A stretch of DNA of 63,769 nt, the filler included, from Octopus bimaculoides (taxonomy: Eukaryota): NCBI RefSeq assembly GCF_001194135.2. It is 5 parts of 5 records of this genome, joined end to end, with 100 filler letters (N's around TTAATTAATTAA, not from the genome) between each part and the next. Parts side by side here need not be neighbours in the genome. Positions count along the whole stretch, not along the records: positions 1 to 20,449 come from NC_069000.1; positions 20,550 to 36,484 come from NC_068982.1; 3 more parts are not named here. One strand, written 5' to 3'. Position 1 is the first letter of the stretch. The number at the start of each line of letters is the position of its first letter. The notes under the pieces were generated by a model. It searched no databases. It was given only the letters and a program-made list of their open reading frames with translations, and had not been told where the DNA came from. Positions 14,393-28,196 of the stretch are shown here, in pieces. The translations under genes and the position numbers were made by a program.

Positions 14393-14583
14393 CTGAGATC
14401 TTCTGATTATTCACAAAGACACCATTCAAGCTGTCATCATATAATCGATGGATGTTCCCAGGCTGACGGACAACCCTGGCATGATTTCGAGAGATGTAAC
14501 TGCTCTGGATGAAGTTACTTGAATCTATGACGTAATCCACCTGGTTTGGGTTTCTACCAATCATGTAAGTCACTTTATGAAAG
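14393..14583 (-). CDS. Internal coding exon encoding most of an FHA (forkhead-associated) domain; TCF19-like or RNF8/CHFR-like protein
   Basis: Acceptor ttttttctttccAG and donor CAG|GTaacc bound a 191-nt open exon, FHKVTYMIGRNPNQVDYVIDSSNFIQSSYISRNHARVVRQPGNIHRLYDDSLNGVFVNNQKIS(G), with the FHA motifs GR, SxxH and NG. The orthologue cannot be resolved from one exon. Confidence 0.85.
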
Positions 14584-14689
14584 CTGGAAAGAAAAAATAC
14601 AAAAAAAAGACCCTACTTATAATTATGTTTTGTTGGGCATTTTTGTTTATCATTATTATTATTACTATTATTATTATTATTATTATTAT

Positions 14690-14723
<34 letters not shown>

Positions 14724-14995
14724 TTTTCTCCTTTCAGTTTTGTTTCCATTTCTTGCCGAGTGCCTTCCCAACACCTAGGGCAAAGAACCTCACTGCATTC
14801 ACTGATAGGCCATTAAACTAAATACACCAGATTGTTCATTTTCAAAATGAAATGAAGTTATGTGAAAAAAAAACAAAAAAAAAAACAACAAAAAACAAAT
14901 TAAAATACATGGGAAGTAATCACTCGCACAATGAAAATGCTCTTCTCAATACATGTGACGGACCAGTTAAAACAATCTTTTGCACTTCTTGCAAC

Positions 14996-15028
<33 letters not shown>

Positions 15029-15579
15029 CATTATTTATATTTCTTCCCTTCTTATATAACATATTTTTAATAAATTTCTCCACATTTATGCCAATGATTA
15101 ATTAAGCCAGGGCCTAGAGCAAAAGTGAATTGTCAGCTTCTGAAGGATACAATAAAATTTGCTTCAAGCATTTTCATAGTTGTACTAATATAACTATATC
15201 TCTATTAAACAAAACAAAAAAGAGACCCCCCTCCCACCAAAGAAGAAAAAAAAAAAAGAAACAATATTAAGACATATAGCCCCGCAATTTTTTAATGGAG
15301 TAAACAGTTGGGCACCTGAGTGCTTGCAGTTATCAGACTACATAAAGATTATTTCTTTACCCTAATTATTTTGTTAATGCTATTGTTTGAACCATCACCA
15401 ACCATCCCTATCATTGTTACCAGTTTAACGCTCCCCACCTCCTCATCCTTTTTTTTTTTTATGGGTTCGCTATGTTTGCTAATTACATTCTCCTTTTTCA
15501 GCTCTTAGTTGTTTTCCCATAAGTTAGGACTAGACTAAATCTGTGCCAGAAAGAATTGGGGATGAAATTAATTACATAC

Positions 15580-15990
15580 AGGCACAGATGGGGACATGTG
15601 GTTGAGAAGCGTGCTTCCCAAGCATGTGGTATTTGATTCAATCCTACTGCATGGCACCTTGGGCAAGTGTCTTCTACCATAGCCTCAGACAAACTTAAGC
15701 ATTGTTAATAGATTTAAAAGACGGAAATTGAAGGAAGTCCATCCTGTGTGTGTGTGTGTGTGTGTGACGCGTGCATGAATTTGTGTATAACTGTGTCTCG
15801 ATATCTTGTAAATGAGTGCCACCATCATTCAAATGAGGTTGTTGATTATCAGACTTTGGTGAACAAGTCTAACTATGGGAAAATATTACCTTGCTTGGAA
15901 ACAGGCAAGGGTTGGTGACAAGAAGTGTATCTGGCCATAAAAAAATCTACCTCAACAAATTGTGTCCAACCCATGCAAACATGTGAAAAT
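15580..15990 (+). mobile_element. tRNA-derived SINE (family B here) with internal (GT)n
   Basis: gtggttgagaagc.tgcttccc...ggcaccttgggcaagtgtcttcta head also at 56107 and 53865; the tail aaatattaccttgcttggaaacagg is also at ~4010-4045. Confidence 0.7.
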
Positions 15991-16971
15991 AACCATTAAA
16001 CAAGGATGAAAAACAGATGATTTTAATTTTGAACTTCTCTCCACCTAAATATTTCTTTATTTTTCATTTTTGTTTCGAAATATTAAATGCTAAAACTGCT
16101 TTAATTCCAAATAATGGATAATGAGGTTACAGGGTCCGAAATTAAAACCCAAACGAAAGTTTAAAATAAATAAGTGACTGGATGAAAGTGAAAATATTTT
16201 ATGGAGATTAAAATTTTTGTTGGAAACAGAGTAGAGGTTCAAAAATTGTTTGAAGTTCAATAGTGGTTCATAAAAAAAATTAAAAAATAAATCTTTGAAA
16301 CATGATTAATTTGATTTGTTTCATTTCCCACTTCACTCATTCCGATTTTATAAAAATCATCTCAATTTCATACAGTAAACTTCAAAACATGAATAGAAAG
16401 AGTGAAGGGTGGACCGAAATTTTCATCCATCAAACCCAGTATTTAATATTTTATTCCAATCTACAAGTTATATATATACANNNNNNNNNNNNNNNNNNNN
16501 NNNNNNNNNNNNNNNNNNNNNNNNNNNNNNNNNNNNNNNNNNNNNNNNNNNNNNNNNNNNNNNNNNNNNNNNNNNNNNNNNNNNNNNNNNNNNNNNNNNN
16601 NNNNNNNNNNNNNNNNNNNNNNNNNNNNNNNNNNNNNNNNNNNNNNNNNNNNNNNNNNNNNNNNNNNNNNNNNNNNNNNNNNNNNNNNNNNNNNNNNNNN
16701 NNNNNNNNNNNNNNNNNNNNNNNNNNNNNNNNNNNNNNNNNNNNNNNNNNNNNNNNNNNNNNNNNNNNNNNNNNNNNNNNNNNNNNNNNNNNNNNNNNNN
16801 NNNACAATAAGATATTATAATGATATGTTAATATTTTAAGATATATTAAACACAATATAATATAGGTGGCTCATTAGCAATTAAAAAACCAAAAAGGAAT
16901 TAATAAATGCGGGTGCAAAATAGCACCGGTGATTGCTAGAAATGAGAGTCGAAATTTTACTCGGAAAGCCA

Positions 16972-17190
16972 AACAACGTTTCGGCTGATATACCCTCCAG
17001 CCTTCTTCAGGTGCCTTGGGGAAATTTCGAACCTAGGTTCTCATTCCTAAGGTATTTTCCCCCAGAAGGCTGGAGGATATATCAGCCGAAACGTTGTGTT
17101 AACAACAAACAAGATGAGGACAAATATCCATTGAATGTAAATAATGCACATAATTTCTCATCTCTTAAATATAGAACTGTATCGTAAAGT
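16972..17190. mobile_element. Penelope-type pLTR fragment with two inverted hammerhead-ribozyme motifs
   Basis: Minus strand CUGAAGA-A-GGCUG(loop)CAGCC-GAAA-CGUU at ~16976-17010; plus-strand copy at 17064-17097 lacks the UGA of the core. Confidence 0.65.
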
Positions 17191-17214
17191 TTGTTGACAA
17201 GAAAATAGTGGCTT

Positions 17215-17400
17215 CAAATTCTAGCACAAAGCCAGCAATTTCAAGGAGCCAGAGGAATCAGTTACGTTGACTCAACTGGTACTTAATTTATCAACTCTGG
17301 AAGGATGAATGGCAAAGTTGACCTCAGCAGAATTTGAACTCAGAATACAAAGAAGTATGACATGCCACCAAGCATTTTGCCTGCCATGCTGACGATACAC
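17215..17400 (-). mobile_element. Family A SINE, decayed
   Basis: actggtacttaatttatc...ggcaaagttgacctcagcagaatttgaactcagaa matches the family A reverse complement. Confidence 0.75.
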
Positions 17401-18224
17401 CATTGACAAGTTTAAATCACAAAATCTCTTACATTTTTTCTCTTTCCCCCACCACACATACACACACACATAGTCAAGTATAGAAAACTATAAAGCTGCT
17501 GAAGTTATAAAAATTAATTGTAAGGGTCTTTTTTCTTTTTTGAACAAAAATAAGTAAAAAACAGAAACCCAAACAGAAACAAAAATAACAACAACAACAA
17601 CACTTATCACTCAAATAATAATAATCATAATAATAATAATAATAATGCCACAAGAGTTCATGAAAAGCTTGAAGACAATACAGGACAATGCACTGTGTGA
17701 TAACAAAAAAAAAAGTAAACAAAAGAACAAATAATTTGAACAAAGAAAATTTCCCCCCAAAGTGGGATGACCTCCAAAGACTACTCCTAGAAATCCAACG
17801 AAAACCACAGCAACCCTGACCACCGGGGCAAGTGCCCTATCCAACCTGCCCTTCTCCAATCTACAGGCACACGCTCAGAGCAGGCCCTTTCACTTAGACC
17901 ATGCTTGTCACTCTCATCTACCAGTAAACAATTTTGCTGGAGAAGAAGTGCAAAAAAACATGTTTAACATAAATTTGACTTCAGAATGTTTTAGTGCATA
18001 TGTACGTACGTGTGTATGCGTGTGTGTATATATACGCATAATGTAATATTTTTGATAGGTTTCGTCTCAAATTTGTTCCGTTACCATGGTCAACTTTGGA
18101 ACAGATATGGCATAATGTTTCAATAATTTATAACGATATGCTATAAATATTACATATATTTTAACAGTCTAAGGTTTTGTGACCAACAAAAACAGTGCAA
18201 GACATTGAATATTTAATGCCTTAC

Positions 18225-18276
18225 AAGTACCCTCTTCCAGACGAAGGAATGCCAGCAATGCCCATTTTACATTTTT
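18225..18276 (-). CDS. Candidate upstream micro-exon of the FHA gene
   Basis: Acceptor aatttattttAG and donor TT|GTAAGG; 52 nt reading KCKMGIAGIPSSGRGY(F), ending in phase 2 as the FHA exon requires. No homology support. Confidence 0.3.
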
Positions 18277-19039
18277 CTAAAATAAATTAAGCTTTAAAAA
18301 ATGTGAAGTTAATAGAAAACAGAGAAACCTTAAAATTCATTTAGAAAATTTCAGTTGTGGAAAATACAGTTTTCTGTTAAGTGTTTACAATTCTATTTTT
18401 CTTTACTTTATATATAACAAACTTTTTTTTTTCTTTTAATGTCTGCAATCTACTTTATTGAAGAAAATACAGAAAAATGCACAATATTTTAACACTATTC
18501 AAAACAAAAAAATTTGAATTCAAAATAAAAAAATTAAAAACATTATTCGCAAATTTTTAAAAGCCATTCACACCATATATTTGTAATTGAAGAATAAAAA
18601 TATATTTAAAAGCAAAAAAAAAAATTTAAAAAAAAAACGTAGATTGATAAACCACGTAAAAGGAGAGAAAATTTTATAATTTATAGAAGGACTTTAATGT
18701 CTTAATTTTTTTATAATTGTATTTTCCCTGTTATATCTACAAACATTTGCAATTTCCAGAGCTCTCTTATTTTCCAAGTTTTTAAAAATGGAAATAAAAT
18801 TATACACAGACAGAATATTGTTTTATTCTGTTTTCAATAAAAACAAATGACATATTTTAATTCTAGGGTAAATATTCCGAATATATTTACATTGCTTAAA
18901 AGCTGTTTTCCAAAAGGAAAAAGAAATTACTGTCAAATAATGTAAACATTATTAATTATTATCATCATCATTATAAATTATTAATTATAATTTACTACTA
19001 CTACTACTATTAATATTATTATTATTAATTACTATTATT

Positions 19040-19230
19040 AAAGTGGAAAGCTGGTAGAATCATTAGCATGCCAGGCAAAACGCTTAGCAGTATTTCGTCT
19101 GCTGCTACGTTCTGAGTTCAAATTCCACTGAAGTCGACTTTGCCTTTCATTCCTTTGGAATCGATAAATTAAGTACCATCGACTATACCCCTCCTCCAAA
19201 TTTCAGGCATTGTGCCTATAATAGAAAGAA
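19040..19230 (+). mobile_element. Family A SINE
   Basis: gtatttcgtctgctgctacgttctgagttcaaattcc core. Confidence 0.8.
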
Positions 19231-20449
19231 TTATTATTTATTATTATTATTATTATTGATAATTTGACTTAGGCTCCTTCTTATCATTCCTGGTAGAATT
19301 AATGTGGGTAGCAGGTTACAACTGTAACCTTAGGTATCCACAAGCTTTCAGATAGTCTTTCAAGTGCTTAAAACATTCCTGTCATTATTATTTGCAGGTT
19401 ATCTGCTAGTGAAAACAATTGGAAACATCTAAGAGATACTTAATGGGAGGAAGTAAAAGAGAAAAAGCAAGAGTTTATAAAGTGTATTGTTTACTAAACA
19501 TGTCCTGTGACACCTACTGCACACACGTGCATACACAAATACATACAGATGCAGAATGGGAGTCATTAACCACTTCTGGTTGCTATTCTGGAAACTGAGC
19601 AATGCTACAAAACCGATGCCTGGTGTCAAGTTTAAATCACACCAAGATTAATTTTGCCTTCTCTCTCAATGGAATAGAAAATAAAAGGGAATACCAGTAA
19701 AACACTACTGTTATTCCTGTTCGTTTAACCATTTTAGTCAGACGAGGAAAGGAAGCGCTCTTGACCTTTTCACAGAGCATCCATAAATGGTGAGCAGCGG
19801 TCAGTTATCTTCAAACCAGACAGAGAAAGATAGATAGTAAGCGTGGGTGGGCTGAATGTTTGTGATAGAGACGGCACCGTTAAATTCACAATGAAATCAA
19901 AGGTGGTGATGTTAAAACTGGTTCATGGTTAAATACATCACCCCGATAACTGAGAGCATCCTTTCCACTAAAGGACGCCAAACGCAGCAAGATTTCAATT
20001 CAGAATGTAAAGGGATTGCAAGGAAATACTGTAAGATATTTTGCATGTTATTCTATTGATTCTGCCAAAAGAGCAACAGTAGCATTACATAAATACTTTG
20101 AATACTATTTATCTTAAAACACTGTCTCTTCCGATAACAATAGCTACTGACATGAGTATGGAACTTGGGATTTCCAAATGTAAAACAAAATAAATGAATA
20201 AATAAATAAATCTCGAGTCCATACTTCATCTATTCATCTAAGAGGTTCACATATAAATCATTTAGTATCGTCGCATTCAGATAAGACAGAAAATATTACT
20301 TATAATAAATAAATGTTTTTGGCTTTCATTTTTAAAACGTTTTACATCAATAACTTTTATCTTCCTTTTTATTTCTTTGGAAATACGAGATAAAAGAGAA
20401 AAAAAAAACAACTCCAGAAGTTAATATGCAATATATATATATATATATA

Positions 20450-20549
20450 NNNNNNNNNNNNNNNNNNNNNNNNNNNNNNNNNNNNNNNNNNNNTTAATTA
20501 ATTAANNNNNNNNNNNNNNNNNNNNNNNNNNNNNNNNNNNNNNNNNNNN

Positions 20550-20550
<1 letters not shown>
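20450..20550. other. Artificial scaffold-join spacer (N44-TTAATTAATTAA-N45)
   Basis: Palindromic 12-mer with stops in all six frames (20494-20505) centred in an N run; same design at three other sites. Confidence 0.95.
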
Positions 20551-20634
<84 letters not shown>

Positions 20635-20643
20635 CACTATCAC

Positions 20644-20719
<76 letters not shown>

Positions 20720-20810
20720 CACTATCACTATTATCACTACTATTATTATTATTATTATTATCATCATTGTTATTATCATTCTTCTTCTTCTTCTTATTAT
20801 TATTATTGCT
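20551..20810. repeat. (TAT)n / (ATC)n trinucleotide microsatellite
   Basis: Seen directly. Confidence 0.95.
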
Positions 20811-21604
20811 ATTTATATTATTGTTCAAATTCCCATTTCTCTCTGTTTCTTTAGACTTAAGTATTTTAAGGTTATGTGCTGCTATTATTTGTGCTATGTT
20901 CCTAGTATTTGTAAATCCAAACCTAATTATGTGTGCGTTGATAATCTTACCATAGTGTGAGCTCCTTGGGAAGTGCCTACCTATCACCTCCCTAAACTTA
21001 GCTATCAGATTACTCTTGATATTTCTCCCAAATGGGATTATCAACCATTATTATTATCATCCTCATGGTTATTAATATCGCTTTTTAAAAAAATTAAGTT
21101 ACTTATGTTGTGTTTATGGGGGTATCTTGGTTTATTTCCTTTATTTTCCTTGTGTTTATTCTCCTTATTATTATTATTATTATTACTGCTGTCATTTGTT
21201 TTAATTCCGTTGCTATCATTTTCAATATAGGAGACCCTTTCTTTATACCCTGCCTTGTTCAGTGCTGCATTATAGAAATTAGCTTCATTATTAAAGACCC
21301 TATTGTTAGCAGATAATTTAGAGAGTCTTAAAGAGATATTTTTAACTAGATTCTCGGTGATAGCCCTAGGATGGTTACTTGATTTATTTATATTCTGTAG
21401 GTTCGGTAGGGGTTTGTGGTATGGTCTATATGTTTTATTCTTAATATCTATTGTTACGTCTAGGAAGTTTGCTACTGAGATATCATCTTCGTAAACTATA
21501 CTCATCCCCATTCTGCTGAAAAATCTAGCTAGCCTACCCTTAATTCTTTGTAGTTCCTGGTTTGAGCAATTCCTAACATACAAAAGGCAGTCATCTCTAT
21601 ACAA
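20810..21604 (-). mobile_element. Penelope-like element 1: RT C-terminal half and linker, 5'-truncated at YRDD
   Basis: YRDDCLL...ANFLDVTIDIKNKTYRPYHKP...NKSSNHPRAI, then PFGRNIKSNLIAKFREVIGRHFP...RFGFTNTRNIAQIIAAHNLKIL, typical of Penelope-clade RT thumb and linker. Confidence 0.9.
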
Positions 21605-22949
21605 CCCCCCCCCCTAACCCTAGGAAATTGATCATTTAATTCATAAACGATAAATGATCACACCATATCATAGGGACAACAAAAATAGTCTACATATAGG
21701 GGATAATTGATAGTAATTTAAAATAAATAAATATACTAAAAGAGAATTTAATAACCAAGTTAATAACTAAATTAATAAATAAACTAATAAATAAATAAAT
21801 AAGATTAAATTAAATAAATTAATCTAGTAGACACTCACAGGAGAGCAGTAACAATAGAAAAAATTAAGGAGAGTTACCTCCCCTATATATACATATCTAA
21901 TATGAACAAAACATGGCGGAGTTTGAAGCTAACGAACTTTTAATAATTTAATAATTTATTATGATCGTTATTTGTGTGTTTTTTCGTAATTTGTTCTGAT
22001 GTAAACCATTCCTGAGGAAGTGCAAAACGTCAGACATCCAATGGATCAGTCGTTGGATAGGTTTGGGCTCAGAAATGTTGACATAGGATGGTAAATAAAT
22101 GGAATATGTATATATATGGAATATGTAAATAAATGGAATATGTATATATATAGATANNNNNNNNNNNNNNNNNNNNNNNNNNNNNNNNNNNNNNNNNNNN
22201 NNNNNNNNNNNNNNNNNNNNNNNNNNNNNNNNNNNNNNNNNNNNNNNNNNNNNNNNNNNNNNNNNNNNNNNNNNNNNNNNNNNNNNNNNNNNNNNNNNNN
22301 NNNNNNNNNNNNNNNNNNNNNNNNNNNNNNNNNNNNNNNNNNNNNNNNNNNNNNNNNNNNNNNNNNNNNNNNNNNNNNATATACTCACATGCGCACATAT
22401 ATGCATATTTATGTTTGCAAATATGTTATGATATACAAATCGATAAAAGGGGAAGATAAATTATTAAATTACTACATCGAGTGCTGTCGCTAGAGGCAAA
22501 ATAAGAATAAATAGTTTATGTCGCCGAATATATTCGCTAAAAATGTTGGATTAACACTCCAATCCCGACTCTAATAATATAAGTTTTGCGTTAAATTTAG
22601 ATACTAAACATTTTTTTATTGTGGCACACTTAAGACATGTAATAATATAATCACTAAATAATCAAATTCCATATAATATAATACATATTTCCAACCACAC
22701 CATCATTGAATAACATAATTAAATATACTACCACATACTCATGCGCTCATACGTCTTGTAAATGCAATGGTAAATATGCGCATAATGCATATTTATAGGT
22801 AAGTTTCAAATACCTACATTTCGCGAATCGATCCAAGTATAAATACTTTTTTTTTTTGTATTACTGAATTCATTGATTTTCACATGCATCATACATGCAT
22901 ACATTCACAAAAATATTTATGTACGCTTGTGCGTATGTATACATGTATG

Positions 22950-24450
22950 TACGTCCTGTATCTAATCATTTAAATTCTTCCTCTGAACGCGAAACTGGTT
23001 TTTATCCAAAATACAAAGTTCCATCTTTGGAATGCAAATAAGGAAATCAACGTCTGATATTAAACTTTACAAAAGGTTTGCATAGTCTTACTGCTCCGCT
23101 TATAGATTGTATTCGTAATGTGCAAATTAGTTGGTTGATTTTTTTCTGAAAATCCAACTTTATCCAGATTGACAGTTAGGCATTTACTGACAAATCCAAG
23201 TGTTCTAATTATCGATATTTATGTAAATGTGTATTAAGAAAATAATATTTCATGACAAATGACCAAATCAATTACCCTATTCTGATTCGGTATGAATTGA
23301 TAATATAATGGTGTCGTGAATTTTGGGGGGAAATTCTTATCTATAGCTTCACGAAACTTTTAGAGGAGTGATTGATTTGATCTGTTTACCATATCGAATT
23401 ATCAACCAAACAGTTTTACTAGGACATACTTTTTTATTAGGGTAATTATCTTTAAAAGTCCTAGATGAAATTTTATAACGAAAAAAGGGTCTTTAAGAAC
23501 GATTGTCTCCCTCACGATGCAACATTAAATTTTTCGGTTTAATGTTGTTATTCGAACTAAAATGTATACTGTTTTTATTGTTATGACGTGATTTCATATC
23601 CTAATTAAATAATGTCAATATGGTTAATAAAGGTAGATATTTTTTCCTTACAGCCTGCTTTTAGTGAAGCAGAGTTATAAAATTCGGCTTAATCGTTGAA
23701 GATAATCTAGAAAGTCTAAGTGAATTATTTCTAACTAAATTCCTTGTTATAGTCTTTGAATGATTACTGAAAGAGCTAATATATTTTTAATTAGTTGAGG
23801 GTTTATGGTATGGGAAATGTGAATCCTTATATAAGTGAGGGCTAATATCCAAAATGTTGGCTTTAGTTATATCATCGTCGAAAACAATCATTAAGCCCAC
23901 GTTTCCGAAAAATTTAAACAACCTATTTTTAACCCTTTGTAATTTTTGTCTCGAAACATTTTGAAGGAAAAGAGTAAACAATCGTCATGATATAAAACTC
24001 CACTGATGTTTGGTCAGCTATCTCATAAATGATATATATACCGCCCAACTGAGTGATTTGTTCTGGGTCACTACTTCCCATCGTGACATCAAAAGTGTCA
24101 GGCGTATCTTTAAGGACACACAGCTTGTTTTCAAATTTAATGATTGATTTTCTGGCGGCTAACAGAGTATTAGTTTCATCCTTGGTGAGACCTGCTTTTT
24201 TGTGTACGAACCAGAGTGCCTTGTTGAGTACAATTGAGTTAACAAAGGAATGGTCACAAGTGGTCGACTGGTTTAATTTTATTAATGACAAGAAGTACAC
24301 TAAGTTTATCCAGTTCGACATGTTTATCCATGAAGAACATATAACTATATATCTAAGAATACAAAGTCATTGCAGGTAATAGGCTAATACATTTACATTT
24401 TCCCGTAGACCTTTGTTCTGGTTGATCATACAATTTTGAATCAACAATAC
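22950..24450 (-). mobile_element. Penelope-like element 2, degenerate, same family as element 1
   Basis: FDVTMGSSDPEQITQLGGIYI, frameshifted YHDDCLL, ANILDISPHLYKDSHFPYHKP and SNHSKTITRNLVRNNSLRLSRLSS parallel element 1; multiple stops and frameshifts. The lower boundary is uncertain. Confidence 0.8.
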
Positions 24451-27294
24451 TCTGATAAAAACTACCTGTCTGAAAATTTCTCGCATTTCAATGTTTCCTA
24501 GCAACTAACTCTTCGATATTACTCGGCAACAATTTTCTCCATTTCAGCAATCGCATCATGACGATCGGAGTAGATTGAAAAGTGAGAACACAAACCATTA
24601 CTGTTTAGAGGATATAATAAGTATGTTTACATGCCTACTTCTCCTCTACCGAGTGAAAATATCTTTTTTCCAAAATTTAGTGTGACTACATTATTCAATG
24701 CATTACAGAATGAAGATTGCTTGCTAAATCTGTTTTTATATACTTGCTTGAATAATTATTTTTGTATTATATAACATAAACAAAACGTGTAATATTGTTG
24801 CAATGCTATGCTATTCTGATATATAGTTAACAACTCATGGGATTCTTGTTTCTTTTTGCTAGGTTGACAGTTTGTTTTGAAGAAAAAAACTAGAAGAACA
24901 TTTATAAGGAAGACATAAACTAGGTGGCTTTGGTGAGGTATTCAGTTATTGAAAATGCATTACAGTGGCTCAACTCAAATGAGAAAAGAACATTACTTTG
25001 AAAGTCAGAAGGAAACTGAACACGTATTAATATCAAATTCAGAGGACAAATGGATTCATCACGGTAAAGTTATGTGAACCCAATTTTCCAAATGCCATTT
25101 TGTCATTAACATCATAGACTATTGTCTGGTCAAATGTTATAAGTTGAAGCGCGAATGGTGCAACCAAAAACAGTTATACAAGTAACTTTTATACAAAGGA
25201 ATTTTATTATTCATTTCTTGAGTAGGGTAATTGTTAGATGAGATATATGAGTACAATAATTAATTTTTATGCTTGTAAATACGCAAAAGTAAGCAGTAAA
25301 CTTATTAGCATTTATTTTTGGAAATTATGTGTACTTCATGTATAAATAAAAACGCGCACGCACACACACGCACATTAAATATATGTTAAACATAAAAAAT
25401 AACTGTTACATGATTACAGGTGTTATTTTTCTTTTTCTAATTCCTGTCATCTTGCCCCCTGTAATGCTGAAGGAAATGTTGTAATCTCGGCTAACTATAT
25501 GTCATAGAAACCGAGGTACCACTCTTATATTCCCTAGGGCTCGATAACAAATACATGAAGTTAGGAGATACTTCGGGGTAATAATATAGTTAGCATCTTT
25601 GAAATGGAAATATTCTGAGAACTTAATATCACAGTTTTAATGTCACGCGCCCACTGTAACTTGATCATTTTTCTACTTATTAATGATCCCGTCGTGAAAC
25701 ATTGATCTCCTGCGCAAAATAAATAAGGATGTAATGAATGAATTCATCGGATCACAAAACACGGAGTGAGATAAAACGTTGCGAGAGAATATATTCATAA
25801 TTATTATCAAGATTTTAGAGAGGAAACAACTATTAGAAATTTAGTACAAGATGCAGTAATTAAGACGTAAGAGAAACTGTTATCCTCAACCTAAGAACAA
25901 ATATAGATGATGAATAAAATAAAGAGTGAGAGAACAGAAGATAACACTGCTAGTTTCTTTTAAAATAGCACGCCTAACATTTAGCAACATATTACTTAAA
26001 TACCAGTTTGCATCTAATTGATAAAGATATCACATTGAAAAAATATATTTTACACTATGTTAGGTTAATTATATCGGCTACCCTATTCTTTTAAAATGTA
26101 GTTTCCCGAGGATAAAGAGTATTGTTACAATAGAAGTTACAAAAAGAAGTTACAATAGAAGAAAAATAGAAGAAAATTGAAATTAAATGAAATGACAGGG
26201 TGTATAGTACAAACACACATATTAGGATGAGAATTCTAACAGGCAATATACTTACAGCTGTACGGAATAGAACAAATTAACAATCGTTATACCGAAGGAC
26301 AAGATGTAATAAGGAACAATGAAGTGGTTTCATGGCAGTCCCTTTTTTCTACTACGAATATCCACCCTATATACATAATGTAACTTATATAATATTAGAA
26401 ACGGAAGAGAATGCAGTGCAGACATTTCCTTACTTATTTTTCAAATAAGTAAGGAAATGTCTGGGCTCATTTTAATTGTAGGTTTCCTCGATTACGTTGA
26501 CAAAAGATTAAGTAACATTTCCTGTTACACCAGCCGGTCAAATCCTTGCGATATTCCAATATCATACTCTACAACGTATGTATGTATGTATGTATGTATG
26601 TATGTATGTATGTATGTACATTCGTGTGTATGTATTAGATATACTGTATGTATGAATGTATAATCATGTACCAGATGTAACACAAACTGCACTGATTAAT
26701 GTAACAATTAGATCATCATCCTTAAACCTATTCCAATACAATGGTAAATGACTAAATAAATAAATGAATGGTGAATAGGAAGGTGGATTGCCCTTCGCTA
26801 TCTCTCCCACTCTCTCCCACTCTCTACCTAGCTATCTATCTGTCTGACTATCTATCTATGTATCTATCTACCCATCTATCTTCTCAGCCTATCTAGCTAC
26901 CTTTATTTCTATATTTCTATATATTCATCTCTTTTGTCAATGTAACGTCAGTCACGAAAACAAAAAATAATGTTCTCTTCTAAACACCCCCACCACCAAA
27001 AAAAAATGACATTTGTTATATATAAATGAACAAGCTGTTTGTACATTCACAAAATTTTATTTGACAAGTTCGAGAAACGAACGAAAGTGCTAATAATAAT
27101 GAAGAAAAAAAAACATTCTTTCCCAAATTTTAACAACATTTTTTTCTCAATATTCAATTTCTGTACATCGCACCTAGCACTATATATATATATACATATA
27201 TATATATATACATACACACACACGCACACACACACACATATATATATACATATATAGACATATACGTATACATGCATATATTTGCACGTACATC

Positions 27295-27329
<35 letters not shown>

Positions 27330-27712
27330 ATTATGTATATATATATGTATATATATGTATATATATATATGCATACATATATATATATATATATATANNN
27401 NNNNNNNNNNNNNNNNNNNNNNNNNNNNNNNNNNNNNNNNNNNNNNNNNNNNNNNNNNNNNNNNNNNNNNNNNNNNNNNNNNNNNNNNNNNNNNNNNNNN
27501 NNNNNNNNNNNNNNNNNNNNNNNNNNNNNNNNNNNNNNNNNNNNNNNNNNNNNNNNNNNNNNNNNNNNNNNNNNNNNNNNNNNNNNNNNNNNNNNNNNNN
27601 NNNNNNNNNNNNNNNNNNNNNNNNNNNNNNNNNNNNNNNNNNNNNNNNNNNNNNNNNNNNNNNNNNNNNNNNNNNNNNNNNNNNNNNNNNNNNNNNNNNN
27701 NNNNNNNNNNNN

Positions 27713-27765
<53 letters not shown>

Positions 27766-27959
27766 GTGTGTGTGTGTGTATGTGTATTAATGTTCTCAAT
27801 ATGTATATACTATATACATATTGAAAATATTAAACTGAAAGTATTATCTCACATTACAATACAGATGTTATTGATTCAGTTTTGACATGTAATACTGAAA
27901 TAGTGTAAGAGATAAGAGATCGCTCCTGATTCGCATTATGCAAGAAGTTGAAAATTGTT

Positions 27960-28110
27960 TGGCCCATGTGACTGCATAGACACGAACTAAGGCATGAGTA
28001 AAATTTGAAGGAAATAGGTCAGGTAGTTCTCGAGTTTTAGTGATGCACACATAGAGACAGATGCACATATACTCAGTTTAAAAATATATATATATATATA
28101 TATATATAAA
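27960..28110 (+). mobile_element. Helitron/Helentron-derived (DINE-like) fragment
   Basis: aaatttgaaggaaataggtcaggtagttctcgagtttt followed by a short spacer and (TA)n resembles HINE 3' ends; recognition only. Confidence 0.35.
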
Positions 28111-28196
28111 GAATAAAAAGTTTAAGAAGGTATAACAATGCAATATAGAACAAAAAATGGATTGTATACCTGTTGTAACTTGGTAAACTGTAGTCC

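Noticed and set aside
21612-21623. Telomere-like ccctaaccctag at the PLE1 truncation point
   Set aside because: Fewer than two full TTAGGG units; not enough to claim telomeric priming.
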